The position numbers and the translations under genes were made by a program. The notes under the pieces were generated by a model. It was not told where the DNA came from. It made no database searches and saw only the letters and a list, made by a program, of their open reading frames with translations. This document shows, piece by piece, positions 37,484 through 51,837 of a stretch of 60,801 nt of DNA. The stretch lies in contig JBPGPT010000039.1 in the NCBI GenBank assembly GCA_051047955.1, positions 62,001-122,801 on the forward strand, written 5' to 3'. The stretch is from Cystobasidiomycetes sp. EMM_F5. Taxonomy: Eukaryota. Numbering within the stretch: the stretch's first letter is position 1; each line of letters opens with the position of its first letter.

Positions 37484-40400
37484 ATGAATGCTCGACCGCC
37501 GTCCCGCAGCGCCGAACCAGTTGAAAGCTATGGCAAGTCTGCGGGATACGTTGGCATCCCGCACGGCGATGACACCATGGACATAGCGGAGGAGTCTCTC
37601 AGTCTTGCGACGTTCCAGCAGCCAGACTTCAACGTCGCCCGTATCGTCTCTGGCTTGACGGATGGTTTAATCGCACAGAGCAAGCACGAAGGAGGAGGTG
37701 CGTTTCCGTCCCAGTCGTATTCATGCCCGTACTGGTGAGAACCGCTGCTGATACATCTTATCGCAGCCTTTAATCCGCAGCCGTTTATCGACGCACTGGA
37801 CGAAGCTGTGGACGAGCTGATACCTCTCCGCAAGGACGTCGCTCAGCAGACGGCTTCTGTAGAAGCTGCCCTGCGTGCTGCAGAGAAACAGTATAGCGCC
37901 AAAGTATCAGAGCTCAAATCACAATTCAACGTAAGCGGCTCTGCGTTTACACCGCTGCGCACAGTCGTGCTCATATGATGTTATCGCAAAGGCCGTCAGC
38001 TCTGGCTTTTCCAATCTTGAAGCGCGCATATCCGAAGTCAGTCGAGCTACCGTAAGAGTTGGAGACGAACTCGAATCTACCGACAGATTACGGACTCGAG
38101 CGGCAGAAGCTAGAGATATCATTGTCTACTACTATGACTTTTCAAAAGGCGAAACGACCCGGATCGATGCACTGCGCAAAGATGGACGTGAAGGGAGAGC
38201 AAAGGTTGCCATCATTTTACGTCGACTGGCTAGCGTGTCGAAGGAAATTGAGGACGTCGAAGGAGGCGAACAGACACGAGAAGCTATAGACAAATACTGC
38301 GAGCGGTTCGAGAATGACATGCTCAAGCTCTTCGACCGTTACTACAGGAAGGGGGACCCAAAAGCAATGGCGGTGAGCTGCTGCACTGCAGCACCTAAAA
38401 TCCTTCAGCTGACGTGCAGCTTTCAGCATTGCGCAAAAGTACTCTTGGACTTCAATGGAGGTCAATCCTGCATACAAATCTATGTCAATCAGCACGACTT
38501 TTTTATATCCAAAGATCGCTTACAGAACCCAAGCGCAATCACCAACACTCAGTTGTAAGCTGCCATGCATTTGGCGATTTCACAGGCTGAGGAATTTTGC
38601 TCCCCCAGATGGGAAAATCTCCCGGACCCGAACTGTACTGCACCCAGATCTGAGAAAGGGCTCAGTGCTTTGTACGACGAGATCAGAGTAGTGGTGGATC
38701 AGGAAGGCAAGATTATTTCCGCTGTCTTTCCCAATCCGCCGGTAGTCATGCAAGTCTTCCTACAACGCGTTTTTGCACAAGTAGTGAGTGACATTTGCGA
38801 CAGAACTGTCTCCTGCAGCTGATTGTCATATGCATCAGATCCAAAATTTCGTCGAGGGTCTCATTGAGACTGCATCAAGCTCCACTACCCTAGCACTTCT
38901 GAGAATGGTGTATTTGGCTCGCATTTCGACGCACTCGCTCATAGAGGATCTGAAGGCATTAGACTTCTTTCGTAATATTGGCAATACAGCCATGTCCTCA
39001 ACGGGTCCATCAGACAAGGCCGCTATCTCTGTGCTGTCTGGTCCCCTTCCAGCCAATGCGGCGACAATAGCGGCAGGTCCAGCTCTCATCTTGGATGCGG
39101 CTTTGGAGGAGCTGTTTACTCCATACGTTGATAAGTATGTCGAGCGGGAACAAAAGAACTTAGCGGAGCTGTATGGAACATATCTGGCAAAGTTCACAAA
39201 GTGGCATGTCAGTATACAACGGCCTTACAGAAGTGCGAAGACCGAGCTGACCGTCGCTACGCCTCGCGGATGCAGCAAACACATTCGAAAGCTAAGGAGG
39301 CTAGCAACAGCAACGTGTTTGACCGGATGGTGGATCGTATTGCAGCAGCCACCAAAGACAGCAACGCTCAAAGTACAGCATCTTCAGCCGCCAGCGCGAT
39401 TGGACAGGAAGGTGCCAGAGGTCTCAAGCAATTGATGAAGCTGGGAGGTATCAATACCGGATCCGACAGTGCCCGTCGCGACAGTGGTGACAGTCTCATG
39501 GGAAATTCAGTCGGGATTGGCAGCAATAAACCCCGTCCGAGCACAGCCAACGCACAGAATGGACAGGCAAATGATACCAACGAAAAAGATGGCCTGGTCA
39601 GCCTAGAAGTCGCGCAGAAGATGCTCACCTGGCATGCGGAAGCTGTTGGTCGTATGATTGAATTATCTCCACCATCTGAAGCGTAGGTCGCAAATGTCTA
39701 CTAGACTCAGCCTGGGCTTATCATGCTTTGACAGTCCGAAGAATGCGCATATACTACTGCGGGTCTTGAGCGATAGTTACGGACAAGCATACCTTCTCAC
39801 AGCGCTCGAAACGTGAGATGCCTTGTGCGAGACGACAAGCGAGACATAGATACTAATTGTGCTTTCGCAGATCGAGCGCTTTACTAGCGACATGGGAAGG
39901 CAAGACCGAACCACCCATAGATGCGCTGAGAGTCGTTCGCGACATAGATATGGTGGTTCAGCTATGGCAACGATATGTGTCGACTGCCTTGATGCCGCTC
40001 GCGGGTACTTCTCTAGCGACACGACGTGAAATGTCTGCGCTTAATAGTCAGGTGGTAGTCCGTATTGAGAACAAAGTGAATCAACTAGTACAACGACTTA
40101 CAGATGGTAAGTGTCTTGCCGAGTGCAGGACGCGAACGAGCTGACAGGACGATAGCGGTGACGACTTGGTTGTCCACGCTCTTGTCAAGGCAAAAGAAAC
40201 TGGACTTCAAACCCAAGAACGATGCAGACCTCTTCGAAAGCGAGCGTACTGAACCCTGTGCGGCCTGCTGCGCCTTCGTCATCCGAGTCCGAGAAGTCGT
40301 GGTCAATAGCGTGACGGGGAAAAATCAGGAAAGCCTGTTGACTGATATCGGCGTGACTTTTCACAGGTAGGTCTCCGCAGTCCCGCTATGTTGCGATCAT

Positions 40401-40783
40401 GGCTAAATTCCGCTGTCAGCTTGCTGCTGGAGCACTTCAAGAAGTTCCCGGTTGGGGAGACGGGCACAATCCTTCTCACGAAAGATCTTGCCGCGTACCA
40501 GGACGCCATGTCTACATACGGCATACAGGATGTGACAGAACGATTCGAGATGCTGCGACAGCTTGGCAAGCTGTTTGAAGTACAGGTGGACGCCCTTCGC
40601 TCCTTCCTCGAAGCCGAGCATCTGTCTCGCATCGATCGGCGGTTGCTCCGCCCTTACATACAGCTGCGAGCTGATTACGACCGATACCCTAAAAAGACGT
40701 TTGATCAGATATTTGGCGAAGCTGCCGCAGAGAAGAACGCCCTCAGCAAATTTGCGGATTCCGTGAATACCGCAATTAGGTGA
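37484..40783 (+). CDS. SEC10: Exocyst complex component Sec10
   Basis: FNPQPFIDAL; RVGDELES; IDKYCERFENDMLKLFDRYYRKGD; LLDFNGGQSCIQIYVNQHDFF; VFPNPPVVMQVFLQRVFAQ; QKKLDFKPK; LLLEHFKKFPV; FEMLRQLGKLF. Confidence 0.95.
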
Positions 40784-40975
40784 ACGAGTAGTGAGACACG
40801 AGCTATTGAGACCCAGGCCTGTACATAGCGGATCAGTTTTAGGTCGGCAGCTGTTGTTGTTTCTGTGGCAAAGACTTGATCGTCATTGACTTGATGCTGA
40901 AGTCGGCCATTGATGTTGTTTACGTTACCACATTACAGCTTGAGCAAACACCAAACGGTACTCTGTCCACAAATC

Positions 40976-41540
40976 ATGAGTAGCTCCTCAGGCTCCGTAG
41001 CTGCCTCGACATCGGCTCCACTGTCTGCCCAGACTAGCGAGTCCTCAGCCAACACCGCCCAGAGCAGCGTGAGGAAAAGCAATTCACTCTGGAATCAATA
41101 CATGACCAGTACAGGTCAGTCTATCGTGCCATCGAGGCTCCGTCTGTGCGCTGATGAAGTGTGTAGGCTGGTTTGCTCCGCTCATACCGCCAGAGAGTCC
41201 AAGCGAGCTTGCCGAAAAACAACGGCGGCGAGACGAAAAGATTGCGCAAGAGAAGCTACGAAGTGTGCATACATGGAGACCATCGTCCCAAGACGCTGTC
41301 ACCGCTGCGCAGCCCAAAAGACCGACGTTCCGACAGAGAATGTCGAGTGCTGTCGAGCTCAAATGGTGGCCAACAAACAATGCGAGACCCACCGAGGCGG
41401 ATGTGGACGAGACGGAGGAGGATTTGCAACGTCCGACATCCCGCAATAGCGCATCGCACATCGCGCAGCGTGCTCCGGCGAACAACGATTACGACAATCC
41501 GATAGAGCACGAGGATGGACAGAATCTGCAGATGCGGTGA
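40976..41540 (+). CDS. Small hypothetical protein (Ser-rich N-terminus), two exons
   Basis: MSSSSGSVAAS...WNQYMTST, then a GTCAGT...TGTAG intron, then GWFAPLIPPESPSELAEKQRRRDEK...QMR*. Confidence 0.55.
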
Positions 41541-41848
41541 TGGTCCTCCTTGCGGATCCTCGCATACTGAAGGACGCGCAGCCGTCCTGTTTCTCCGTGC
41601 CGCGTTTGCAGTTCCCTCGCCCGCAGCCTTTCCGTCAGTGTTGTTGTCTAGATATCTCCCTCACCGCCATGCCCGCAGTCTCATCTCAGCCATTTGTATC
41701 ACACGTCAGATGGAGGTTGTTCAGGCGTAGCTTCAGTCTCGGCTTGTCATATGTAGCGATCTTTCGTTTATACCAGCCGTAATTTTATATCAAGACCTGT
41801 TCTACATGCAACAAACCTGCCAATGAGGACCGTGAAGAGGCTGCCGAT

Positions 41849-44800
41849 ATGAATGAGTCTTTGCAGCTCAGCTTTCTGCTGACGCGTCAGCTGGCTACCG
41901 ATGAATCTGCTGCGCTTTCGGTGAATGCAGAACTGGCACTAGAATTGCTGCAATTTCATCGGCTTGTTGCAAGAGTACAGGATGAGGCAGATGGACTCGC
42001 AGTGTCGCGGAGGGATGTTGGCTCGAGCAAAAGTGCGCCATCTTCAGAGAAAGCTTCAAATTTGTTGCACCGGTACATGATTTATGACGGATCTGGTATC
42101 GAATGCAAAGCTGGGATACTGATTGGTCTTCAATGTCAGCTGGAACCTGCGGATAGCCTCGCTGGTCAACTCCAAGTCTACCTCGGCGCAATCTACTGGA
42201 TTTATACTGGCTTTAGAGACTGCATCTCAATCACAAAACATATTCTTGCAGAATTCAAAGGTCTGGTATAATACAGCTTTAGCCTTGCTCGGCGTGCGTA
42301 TCTTCTCCTTGTGTCATTTGCGACGCTCGTCAGCTTACTTGAGCCTCATCTTGCAGCGAAAGGCAGTCGCCGCTGGCAGCGCTGTTGTTCCAGCCATAGA
42401 TGTGCTGCTGTACTGCTTTTCAAGAGCAGCAAGCTTTAATGAGTACGCAAGAGACGTAGCCAATCCAGGCGGAGTCAGAAAATTTGGAGAAAGCCTGCTG
42501 GCGATAACGGACAATGAAGCGGTGGACGTGGCAGTATGTCGCTGGACTAATTCCACATTCCGAGATTCGTATCTGAATGTCATTGCCTTACAGACACGGC
42601 AACACTGTCTACATGCTCTACACGATCTGATACATGTCAACGCATCACCATTGCGGCCCATTGCGAGCCAGTTGCAAGCTCTTTCAACCAAGCTCATGTG
42701 CGCCTGGTCCGACCGTATCGATCTTCTCGGTCCTCGCAACTCAGCTATCAGATTATTGACGTCCGTATATGCGACTGCGGGCAAAGCCTCGGCAAGTCAG
42801 AGCTGGCAAAGGACCGTAGAGAGCCTGTGCGGGAGCGCACATCAGCTTTTGAACCCTTTACTTTCGACAGTTGTCGAAGGTCAGTGTCGCTCCTCAGTCA
42901 TGCATTTTATTACTGACTTTCATGGAAACTGTCCAGACGTTCCACAATCCGGCGTGCTGAGTGTAATCGAGCTGCCACCGCTACGGCCGCATCGATACAA
43001 CAGCTTGGACGGATCGGAAATGCTCACAATTTACTCACAACGCTTGGATTGTATCTTGGAAGCGTTGCAATCAATGTTGAGGTGAGGTCGTTTACCTTGT
43101 TCTTTTAGAAGCGGGCTTATCCGAGCCCCTTGTCTAGCAACCCTACCGAACGCCCAGTCAATGTGCCAATTGGTCATCTTACACGACTAGGGAGACGCCT
43201 GTTGTCGGCAACAGCACACTCGCCTGTAAGTTACGCCCTTTTTGGCCAGACAGTCAGGTAATGGTTATCTACCAGTCTCGCGATCGCCATGATGAGACCC
43301 TGCATATGCTGCAAGTGGCGTCCTTGCCGCGTCTGCATATCTGGGCGTGCAAATTACTAGGGCAGCTCGTTCAGTGGTCAGTCACATTCGACACCCAAAA
43401 CGTACTTGCCCTGATGATTACTATCTAGCTGCGGAGACTACCTTGCTTCATCGTCGACACTGCTCATCGAAAATATTCATCAGACAATCATTTCATATGA
43501 TACGGGCGCGTGCGTTTGCTTTGCTTCGGAAACGTAATTCTGCACATCTGACAGACATACCTTGTAGGCCTGCTCGAACAGCCCTGTACGCCCTGGCCGC
43601 TCTCATTGTACAAGGTATCCCGACACACCCTGATCATACAGCCACTACGCTGTCGAAGATAGTCCGAAATCTTCTGGCAGATGTAGCAAAAACACTCAAG
43701 GGAAGTCCCGCCCGCAGTACAGTCCACCACAAGAACGATGAGAGTTCCCGCAAAGCGAAGAAATCTCGTCTCTTCGAAACGGATCAAGCTTTGTCCCCTA
43801 AAATCACGATCTCTTCCGATGATGCGACTCTCGTGAATCACGCATTGAGATGTAGGTCCCGCGGACATTATGCTGTTCAACTGTCGAAGAGCTCATGCTG
43901 TTATACACAGCGCTGCACACTTTTCTCTCTTTCTCTGCGTGCTTGCTCCAACCTGATACCCTTAATCTCACTTTGCGCCTTCTTCTGTCCTTCAGCCTGT
44001 CTCCAATGTTTTTCGTCATTGCTCTGCCTGCTTCGCCATCACATACTCCGCTGTTACAGGCCATAGTGCTCGAGCCAGAGCTACGCCTCAGGCTAGTAGA
44101 ATGCCTGACGGCTGCCTCATATAGCTCTGGCCGTGATTCCGCAGGCTATCTCGACCGCGCGGCGTTGGTGTTTCAGCATGGCTTGCGCTGCGCATCAGAC
44201 GATGTTCGCTCTGCCTGCTCGAGGGGACTGGCAGTTATAGACCTTGCCATACATCCTTCTTTCCCTCCACTGCTAAGATCTGCTGCTGCGCAAGTGAAAA
44301 TCGACGAATCAGCAGGAGGCAGCGTCCAACGAATGGTCCCAAGTGCATCGCAGGAATACGATGGCGAGGCGGGATTCACTACATTGCGTCTTCAAGATGA
44401 CGAGGCAATGCAGTATGGTGGATCATCCTTACATTTACCCTCTGCTCAGCCCTCGGCGCCGCCAGCAGCTTCTACCCCTGTCGCCATTACTGCCGATGTT
44501 AGCCGCCGCACGACATATGGCAAGGAGATGACGGGATCTTCCGAGCCTTCCATAGCCACAACGACTATATCGCATGTTCGACCTAGGCCCACTGGACTCA
44601 GCGCTGAAGAGGTTGTGGAGATGGCTCCGTCTTTGCCGGCATCAGTGCAATCTACGGACAGCCCGTCACGTATGGACGTCTCGAGTCACAAGGACGATTT
44701 TGCAGCGTTTCAAGAAAAGCCGGAGCAAAGCAGGAACGATCTCCCGCTTGGACATTCTTTGCCGAATGCGTCAACCTTTCCCGAAGCAACCTTCCCTTCT

Positions 44801-44980
44801 AGCATACCTGTCCCCGCAACAAGACAGCTGACACGGGCTGCTGATGGAAACGAGAGCGATAGTAGCGGGTCAGATGCGCCGATTCCCAAGATTTACACTG
44901 GCGATACTGATGAGGAGGACGAGGATTCAGAGGAGGACGATGAGAATGTGGATGCAGACAGCAATATTCGCATTGACTAG
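41849..44980 (+). CDS. RIX1: Rix1/PELP1-like pre-60S processing protein
   Basis: Helical-repeat N-terminus with WN.RIASLV, EYARDVANPGGVRKF, LHALHDLIHVNASPLRP and NPTERPVNVPIG; DLAIHPSFPPL; P/S-rich region and acidic tail (IPKIYTGDTDEEDEDSEEDDE). Confidence 0.75.
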
Positions 44981-45134
44981 CTGTGCGTACAGTATTAGTT
45001 CCAACGCCTCGTCTGTGCCTTGGATCTCTTATGGTACACTTGTATTGCTTGAATTACTGCACTGCACTGAAACGGCCGATACTGATACTGAAACTACCGG
45101 CCATCCTGACACTTGCCAACGAAAATACTGCTTG

Positions 45135-45835
45135 TCATAAAGCGCCTGTTATTTTGGAGCAATCAGCGAGAATACCAACAAGCTGATAGACCTCGTGTCC
45201 ACTCACAGCTCATGTAATAGGCGTCCTCGCCGTCTGCATAGTAACCTTTTTCGATGTCTTTGACTGTGAAACCAAGGGTGTCCCGGTACAACCCTAGTGC
45301 CGCCCTGTTTGATTTCCGGACGTGTAGCGAGATGAATTCTGCTTTGAAGGTCTCCTTCATCGCCCGCTGCGATTGCAGCATGAGCTTGTTGGCTATCCCC
45401 AAGCGACGGTACGTCCGGAGAACGCTAATGGAAGTGACGTGCCCGTGCGGGGGTTTCCCTTCTTCATCCCTGCATGGTCACAGGTCAGTAACTTCCATTC
45501 TCTAGCTCAAGTCCCCACCCACATCTTTGCTAGGATATAACCAACAATCTTGCCGGATCCCTCGTCTTCTGCGACATAACTCAACTGCGGCCAAGTCAGA
45601 GCGTGGTACAAGTCTGCCCAGACAGCGCATATGGCAGCATCAGCGACATTCCACCCTGCAGCAGCTGTCAAGCATGGGCACCCACAGTATTTCTGGTTGT
45701 AGTTTTCCGGGAGATTCATGATGTTTGCGTGCTGCATCTGCATGAGATCCTCGACCTGGGCGGTGTGCATTAATCAATCTTTGATACTGTGCCATAAGTG
45801 CTCGTTGCCCTCACTGTTGCCCTGCGAATGTTCAT
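45135..45835 (-). CDS. ARD1: NatA catalytic N-terminal acetyltransferase
   Basis: [83 protein letters not shown]. Confidence 0.97.
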
Positions 45836-46352
45836 GGTTGCCGGTTGTTCAGGTTATAACCTGTCGAGCCATTCAAACATCATTTCCAGGCCAACCGCCT
45901 GTCTGATTGCGCTCGGACAAGCTGGATCCGACATTGCGACACAATCCGAACAAGTCTAGCGAGCCATACTTGCTCTCCAGACATCTTTTGCACCCTCCAT
46001 TCTCTGCCAAACGTGCGCTCGACTTGGCCGTTACAAAATCGATCAACCGCCAAAGCCCGCGACTGCAAAGTCAAGGCTGCATACTGCACCACAACCCGCT
46101 GTTTACTCTGCGAATACTGCGATACTCTGACCTCCTGCGTCTGAGTAATTACGCGCTCTCTCGCGGTCCATACTATCGAGAGGCAACCCCGTTGCGACCG
46201 ACGTCAGTAAACCTCGAGGAGTTCATAAGACCCAACCGATACTTTGCAACGCGAGGTCGTACTGGCAGTCTAGTCTCTTTCAAGATTCAAGACTATCTGG
46301 TGGCCTTGACTATCTCAAAGTTCACTCCCTCACCCAATAACGCCTATCGACC

Positions 46353-46863
46353 ATGTCGACCCAACCTCTTTTGCAACGATCTAGCGCAAACAAGCGGATT
46401 GCTCTGCCCGTCCGCGTGGAACCCAAAGTATTCTTTGCCAACGAGTCAGTAGTATTGACCTGCTTCGATGTCCTCGCAATTATCAAACTGATCATTACCC
46501 CCCCTTCTCGACACTAGGCGGACATTCTTATCATGGCTCAATTTCACCGTCGTTCTGGCAGGCCTGAGTATAGGTCTTCTCAACTTTGGAGACAGGGTCG
46601 GAAAGATTTCAGCTGCAATGTTCACTCTGGTCGCAATGGCAGTCATGATTTACGCACTCGTCACGTATCACTGGAGAGCCAATGCCATTCGGAAACGTGG
46701 AGCTGGGCCCTATGACGACAGACTGGGTCCAACAGTCTTGTGTCTATCTCTTCTCGGTGAGTCCGGCAACAGAATTGCGAAATACAGTTTGCTCGCTAGC
46801 TTACCTGTCTTCATCTCCTCAGCTGCCGTCATTGTCAATTTCGTTCTGCGATTCATAGATTAG
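46353..46863 (+). CDS. VTC1: Vacuolar transporter chaperone 1 (polyphosphate synthesis complex)
   Basis: MSTQPLLQR...[31 protein letters not shown]...[13 protein letters not shown]. Confidence 0.96.
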
Positions 46864-47346
46864 GCAGGCCATTACAAGTGAGAGATCCCTGAAGTGCGGC
46901 GTGAAGAGGTCCACGATGGGTGTGGGATCTGGATACAGCTGGCATAGAAGCCTTTCCGCGATACGACAACGTCCGCGGACTTGCAAAATATTTTCTGTAC
47001 ATGTACAGATCCATGTCGCATGCATATTTTCGCATTGTACTATCAATGTGCTGTCAATTCGCTGCAATGCAAAACACGATTTTCATTCGGCAAAGTCTGA
47101 CAAGAGCCGCATTGCCGTTTGCGCATCATGCATATGTGCGATTGATTACCAATTGACTACCAACTGACCCTACTGAGACTTCTAGCCCGTCGAGATCTAA
47201 ACAAAAGCGCCCCTTATGAGGCAAAGCTGCAGAAAGAAGTGGAACAGGTGTCGAGGCTTCAAGCCCCATCGAGAAGGAAAGAGGGAAGATGAAGGACTGC
47301 ATCTTCGAGAAAGTGCCGCGCATCCGGAGACCGTCGTTTCTCTTGC

Positions 47347-48954
47347 TCAATGCCCGCGAGCAAGACGCCTCTTGCTTGCACCAGGCAGGTTTGGCTTGAC
47401 GGCGTTGGCAAAAATGGGTTGGTCAACACCGTTGCTGGATGGTGTTTCTGTCAAGACGTAGCTGGTATCGAAAGCTCCGGCCGCCCAGGTCGTGAAACCT
47501 AGCCATTGACCAGAGTTTGCAGCGACATGAGCCAAGGATGACTTTAGGTACTTCTGGCAGGCTGAAGGTGCATGTGGATCAGGGTAATCGATTTGCGTTT
47601 GGACATGTGCATGGAATACTTACAAGCAGCGTTACTGGCACCAATCTCTGACAGGAAAGCTTTGCGCCCTTTGCTTTTGAGGAGGGCGGTGATAGGAGCA
47701 AAGATATCACTGATTTTATCGGATACACACTCAGTGTTTGTTCCGGAAGAATCGCTGTCGAGATATTGATGAATATCGTAGATGAGCAGGGAGGTGCCGC
47801 CGACAGGATCGGTAACTTTGCTCAGATTTGGCTCATTGGTAGAGATAAAGCTGCCTCCACCAGTCCAACCCGTCCCGGGAAGCAAGATGTACTGGGTTTT
47901 TGCTCCTGCAGCACGGATAGCATTGACGGCTGCTTGTACCTGAACTGTCCAGGATGCAATGTCTAGATCATGTGGCTCATTCATAATACCAAAGATGACC
48001 TTGGATTGGCTCTTGTACTTGGTTGCCAGAGCGCTCCAGAGGGCTGCGAACTGAGCGGTAGTTGGTCCCCCACTGCCAACGATAGCGCCATTCCAGCGTC
48101 CGTAACTGTGAAGAAATAATCGTAAGCCGACTACAACTCGCATTGGACTCATGTCCTCACTTGTGCACATCAAGGATAACAAAAGCACCAGCTGACAACA
48201 TGGCTTGAACGTAGGTGTCATAGGAACTGATGATACCGCCAAGACCACTTCCAGGACCAGCAGGCTCCATGTACTGCCAGCCAAACGGCAGACGGAAAAC
48301 ATTAGATCCCGCCGCAATGAAGTGCGATATTTGATCCTTTGGGGGTGCAACATAGGTACCGGACGAGCCAGACGTTGACATGCCAAAGTCGAAGCCAGCG
48401 AGGTTTACACCACCGAGTCTCGACGAGGCTGGAGCGGTGACGGGGGGGGATGAGGATGTCGTACTAGCTGGCGCAGTAGAGGTTGTCGATTTCGAAGTGG
48501 GAGCCTTTGTGGTCGTGGAGGCTTGGGCAGACGAGCCCGACACGGCAAGACACTGGCTGTAGTATCTGTGTTTGTGGGGAACATATTCAGTCGCAGCGCC
48601 CGAGAGCATCTATTCGTGACTATCTCCACATACGGGTTTTGTACTGCATAGACAAAGGTATCATTCGGGAACATCAGCATTGTCGCTGTCCATCAAGTTG
48701 ACATTTAATGGTCACCTTGACAAGAAGTTCCCGCTGCACAACATGTTGGACCTGTGTATCACGACATCTTTTGTGAGCTTCTTGCGAAGGGGCACTAGTG
48801 ATGATTCCAATTCCTCACCGGTCCAGACCAGACCGCCGCACTGGCCCCATTGCGACGCACAAGCGGCACGACCTTGCAAGTCTTGCTCAGCCATTACCAC
48901 TGACATGCTGAGCGATACTGCAGCTACGAGCGCTGTCTTGCACGGAGGCATCAT
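47347..48954 (-). CDS. Secreted GH5 (subfamily 5-like) endo-beta-1,4-glucanase with N-terminal CBM1 and S/T linker
   Basis: Signal peptide; CBM1 QWGQCGGLVWTG|PTCCAAGTSCQ|VQNP|YYSQCL; S/T linker; GGVNLAGFDFG; NVFRLPFGWQY; FGIMNEPHD (acid/base); DIHQYLDSD; AFLSEIG (nucleophile); TTWAAG. Confidence 0.93.
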
Positions 48955-49959
48955 GCTGGATGGTATTCCAAGTGCGGGGATTGAAGATAGGAAGACAGAG
49001 ATAGAGAGCGTGGAATCAGGATACGTCCAATGTGAGGGAGATGGAAGTGCGGCAGATGTGCGGTGGAAGTGAAAGAGAGAGTGAGATTTCAAAGACCCAA
49101 AGGCCGGGACTTGTCCTTGGAGTTTCGGAACCTTGACGTGCTTCTTTACGTAACAACCTCAGCGCATCGAACGATCTTGAGTGCAGTCTCGTCAGATTAC
49201 AGTCTCCCGTCAGCTATGTCGTGCTAATCGCACAGTCGTTGTGCAGGTCAGACTGCCCGCTAGACGACGACGGGAATGGAGTCGTCGCCACCGAACCTTG
49301 AGTGGGCATCTCGCATTCCTGCCTTTGTATCGGACGAAGGTGCATGCCGTGTGAGCACTGGAGGCATAGAGTACATCCTGTGGTGTACTGTAGCCGTGGT
49401 TGGCAGTCAGTTAAATAGAAGACCTGTTGGACGCCGGCTTCAGGTTTTTATTTACCCTGCTGCCATGGCCAGTGGACGCGTAAAGCGCGTAAAATCATGC
49501 GAATCTCTACACACACAACCTGCTAACTACATGACACCCTAATCTTACCAAACGCGACACTAAACACGCCGTCTCCATTGATGCCCAAACGGCCTGCTGC
49601 TCCACAGCGTCACGAAGAAACCGCCGTCTGTCAGCCCGGGACGGTATTGTCTGCCTCACGGCATTGCGACACTGTCGCAGCCCGATTCCAGCGTTGGAAT
49701 GCCTTCCGACACGCGTACTTGACATATTCGATTCGATGCTGAACCGGTGTGGCACATACAGGCAGACACTTGCCTACAGAATCATTGACATCCGTAGTGA
49801 CGTCTTGGGATGCTTGATTCTACTTGCGGAACGTCTTATGCAGTATCTCCGTGTTTGATGATCCCCACCGATGCCGGTTAACCGCAGGTGTTACTGGCAC
49901 ATGTGCGGAAACGCAGCGTAGAGATGGTGGAGATCCGTCAATCTGCTACGACCTGTTCT

Positions 49960-51267
49960 TCATTCAGGTACCACTAGCAATGACCGGACCAGGCAGATTG
50001 GGCTTGACGGCATTGGCAAAGATGGGTTGATCGGTCCCGTCGCTGGCCGGAGTCTCAGACAAGACGTACTTTGTAGTAAAGGCACCCGCAGACCAAGTCG
50101 TGAAGCCAAGCCATTCCTCAGAATTGGCAGCAATATAGGCAAGGGACCAGTTTAGGTATTTCTGACACGCTAAAGAGACTGCGCCGTTAGCGCTTGCATC
50201 AAGAGAATGGTGTCTGCTATTCTTCAGCTTACATTCTGCACTGCTGCCCCCAATCTCAGATAGGAAAGCTTTGCGGCCTTTACTCTTGAGCACGGCAGTG
50301 ACGGGAGCAAGAACCGCGCTGATCTTGTCCGTCACGCACTCGACGTTTGTCCCGGTCGAATCGCTGTCTAAGTACTCGTGTATATCGTACACGAGCAGAG
50401 AAGTGCCGCCGGCTGGATCGGTGACTGTGCTCAGGCTTGGCTCATTTGTGCGGATGAAATTACCTCCTGCGGAATAGCCAATTCCCTTCCAGGCCGTATC
50501 AGGATTATGTTAGATACGTCGTCCACGAAAGAGATCCTTACCGGTAGAAGAATGTATTGAGAAGTTGCACCAGCAGCGCGGATAGCATCGACCGCTGCTT
50601 GGACCTGTACAGTCCACGAAACCAGGTCTTGATCGTGCGGCTCGTTCATGATGCCAAAAATCACATTGGTTTGGTTCGCATATTTTCCCGCCAGAGCGCT
50701 CCAAAGATTTGCGAATTGCATTGTAGTGGGTCCGCCGCTGCCAATGATAGCACCGTCCCAGCGGCCATAGCTGAGCACGAACAAGTCAACTAATAGCGTC
50801 AATGGCTCAAGTACCCGCACTGACTTGTGTACATCAAGAATTACAAAAGCACCGGCTGAGAGTATAGTCTGCACGTAGGAATCGTAGGATGTGATAACTC
50901 CGCCCAGACCGGTGCCAGGACCAGCAGGTTCCATATACTGCCACCCGAAAGGCAGACGGAAAACGTTAGATCCAGCAGCAACGAAATGAGCGATCTGGTT
51001 TTTGGAGGGGATGGTGTAGTTATTGGTCCCAACATATCCGGACTTGTTGGTGCCGAACTCAAACCCGGCGATGTTGACCCCGCCGAGCCTTGATGCGGCC
51101 GGAACCGGCGAAATGAAAGAGGACGCGGAGTCGGTATTGTTCAGTGCTTCGGTGGACATTGTAGACCTTTCTAAGAGGGTCTGAGAGGCAGTGGGAGCTG
51201 AGGCAAAGGAAGCCGAGACAGCCGCACATTCGGCTATACTGAGTGTTAAACCAGCCAGAAGCATCAT
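49960..51267 (-). CDS. Secreted GH5 endoglucanase paralog lacking CBM1
   Basis: Signal peptide; GGVNIAGFEFG; NVFRLPFGWQY; FGIMNEPHD; DIHEYLDSD; AFLSEIG; TTWSAG. Strong nucleotide similarity to the neighbouring gene. Confidence 0.92.
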
Positions 51268-51837
51268 CTTGAACCTTATGATCATGCTGAAAAGTGTACG
51301 TGCGTTTGTATGGACCTAACCACCGCACGATTGATTACTTCGGAGAGGCGAGTGGGACGTCGAAATGGACGGTCTAGCGAGTGTTCAGGAAGAAGACGAA
51401 ACAGAGGGGTAATGTCTAGTTCCAGCGTCAAACGAATGACGGGAAGCTCGATATCCTTCTTCACTAGGAGCCAAATCGCATCGACAGCTGGTGGATCAGT
51501 CAGAATTCGCCTGACATCATCAGATCACAGTTATTGTCAGCTTATGTCATGATACCCAATTAATCGTCGTGCGGTCAAAGTCTTCGCTGGAGACACCTGG
51601 AAGATCTAGAGTATTTACGCCACCGGCCAACCTAAACAGGAATCTGAAGAGACTACGCATGAGTACCAAGGCATACATCTTGAGTCGCGTTGTAGCGGTG
51701 GTTGGCAACCAAAGAAACAAAGTAGTCCACGGGTTTCAGGTCTCGGCATAATTCGCTAACAATTCACAATCGTCCACTATCATACTACCGCGCCAAAGGA
51801 CAAACATTTAGAAACCATCCCCTCTCTGCGCACCCCT

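Noticed and set aside
41537..41782. ORF overlapping the upstream stop (TGATG) as termination-reinitiation
   Set aside because: The product has no protein-like features and the region reads as a pyrimidine-rich 3' UTR.
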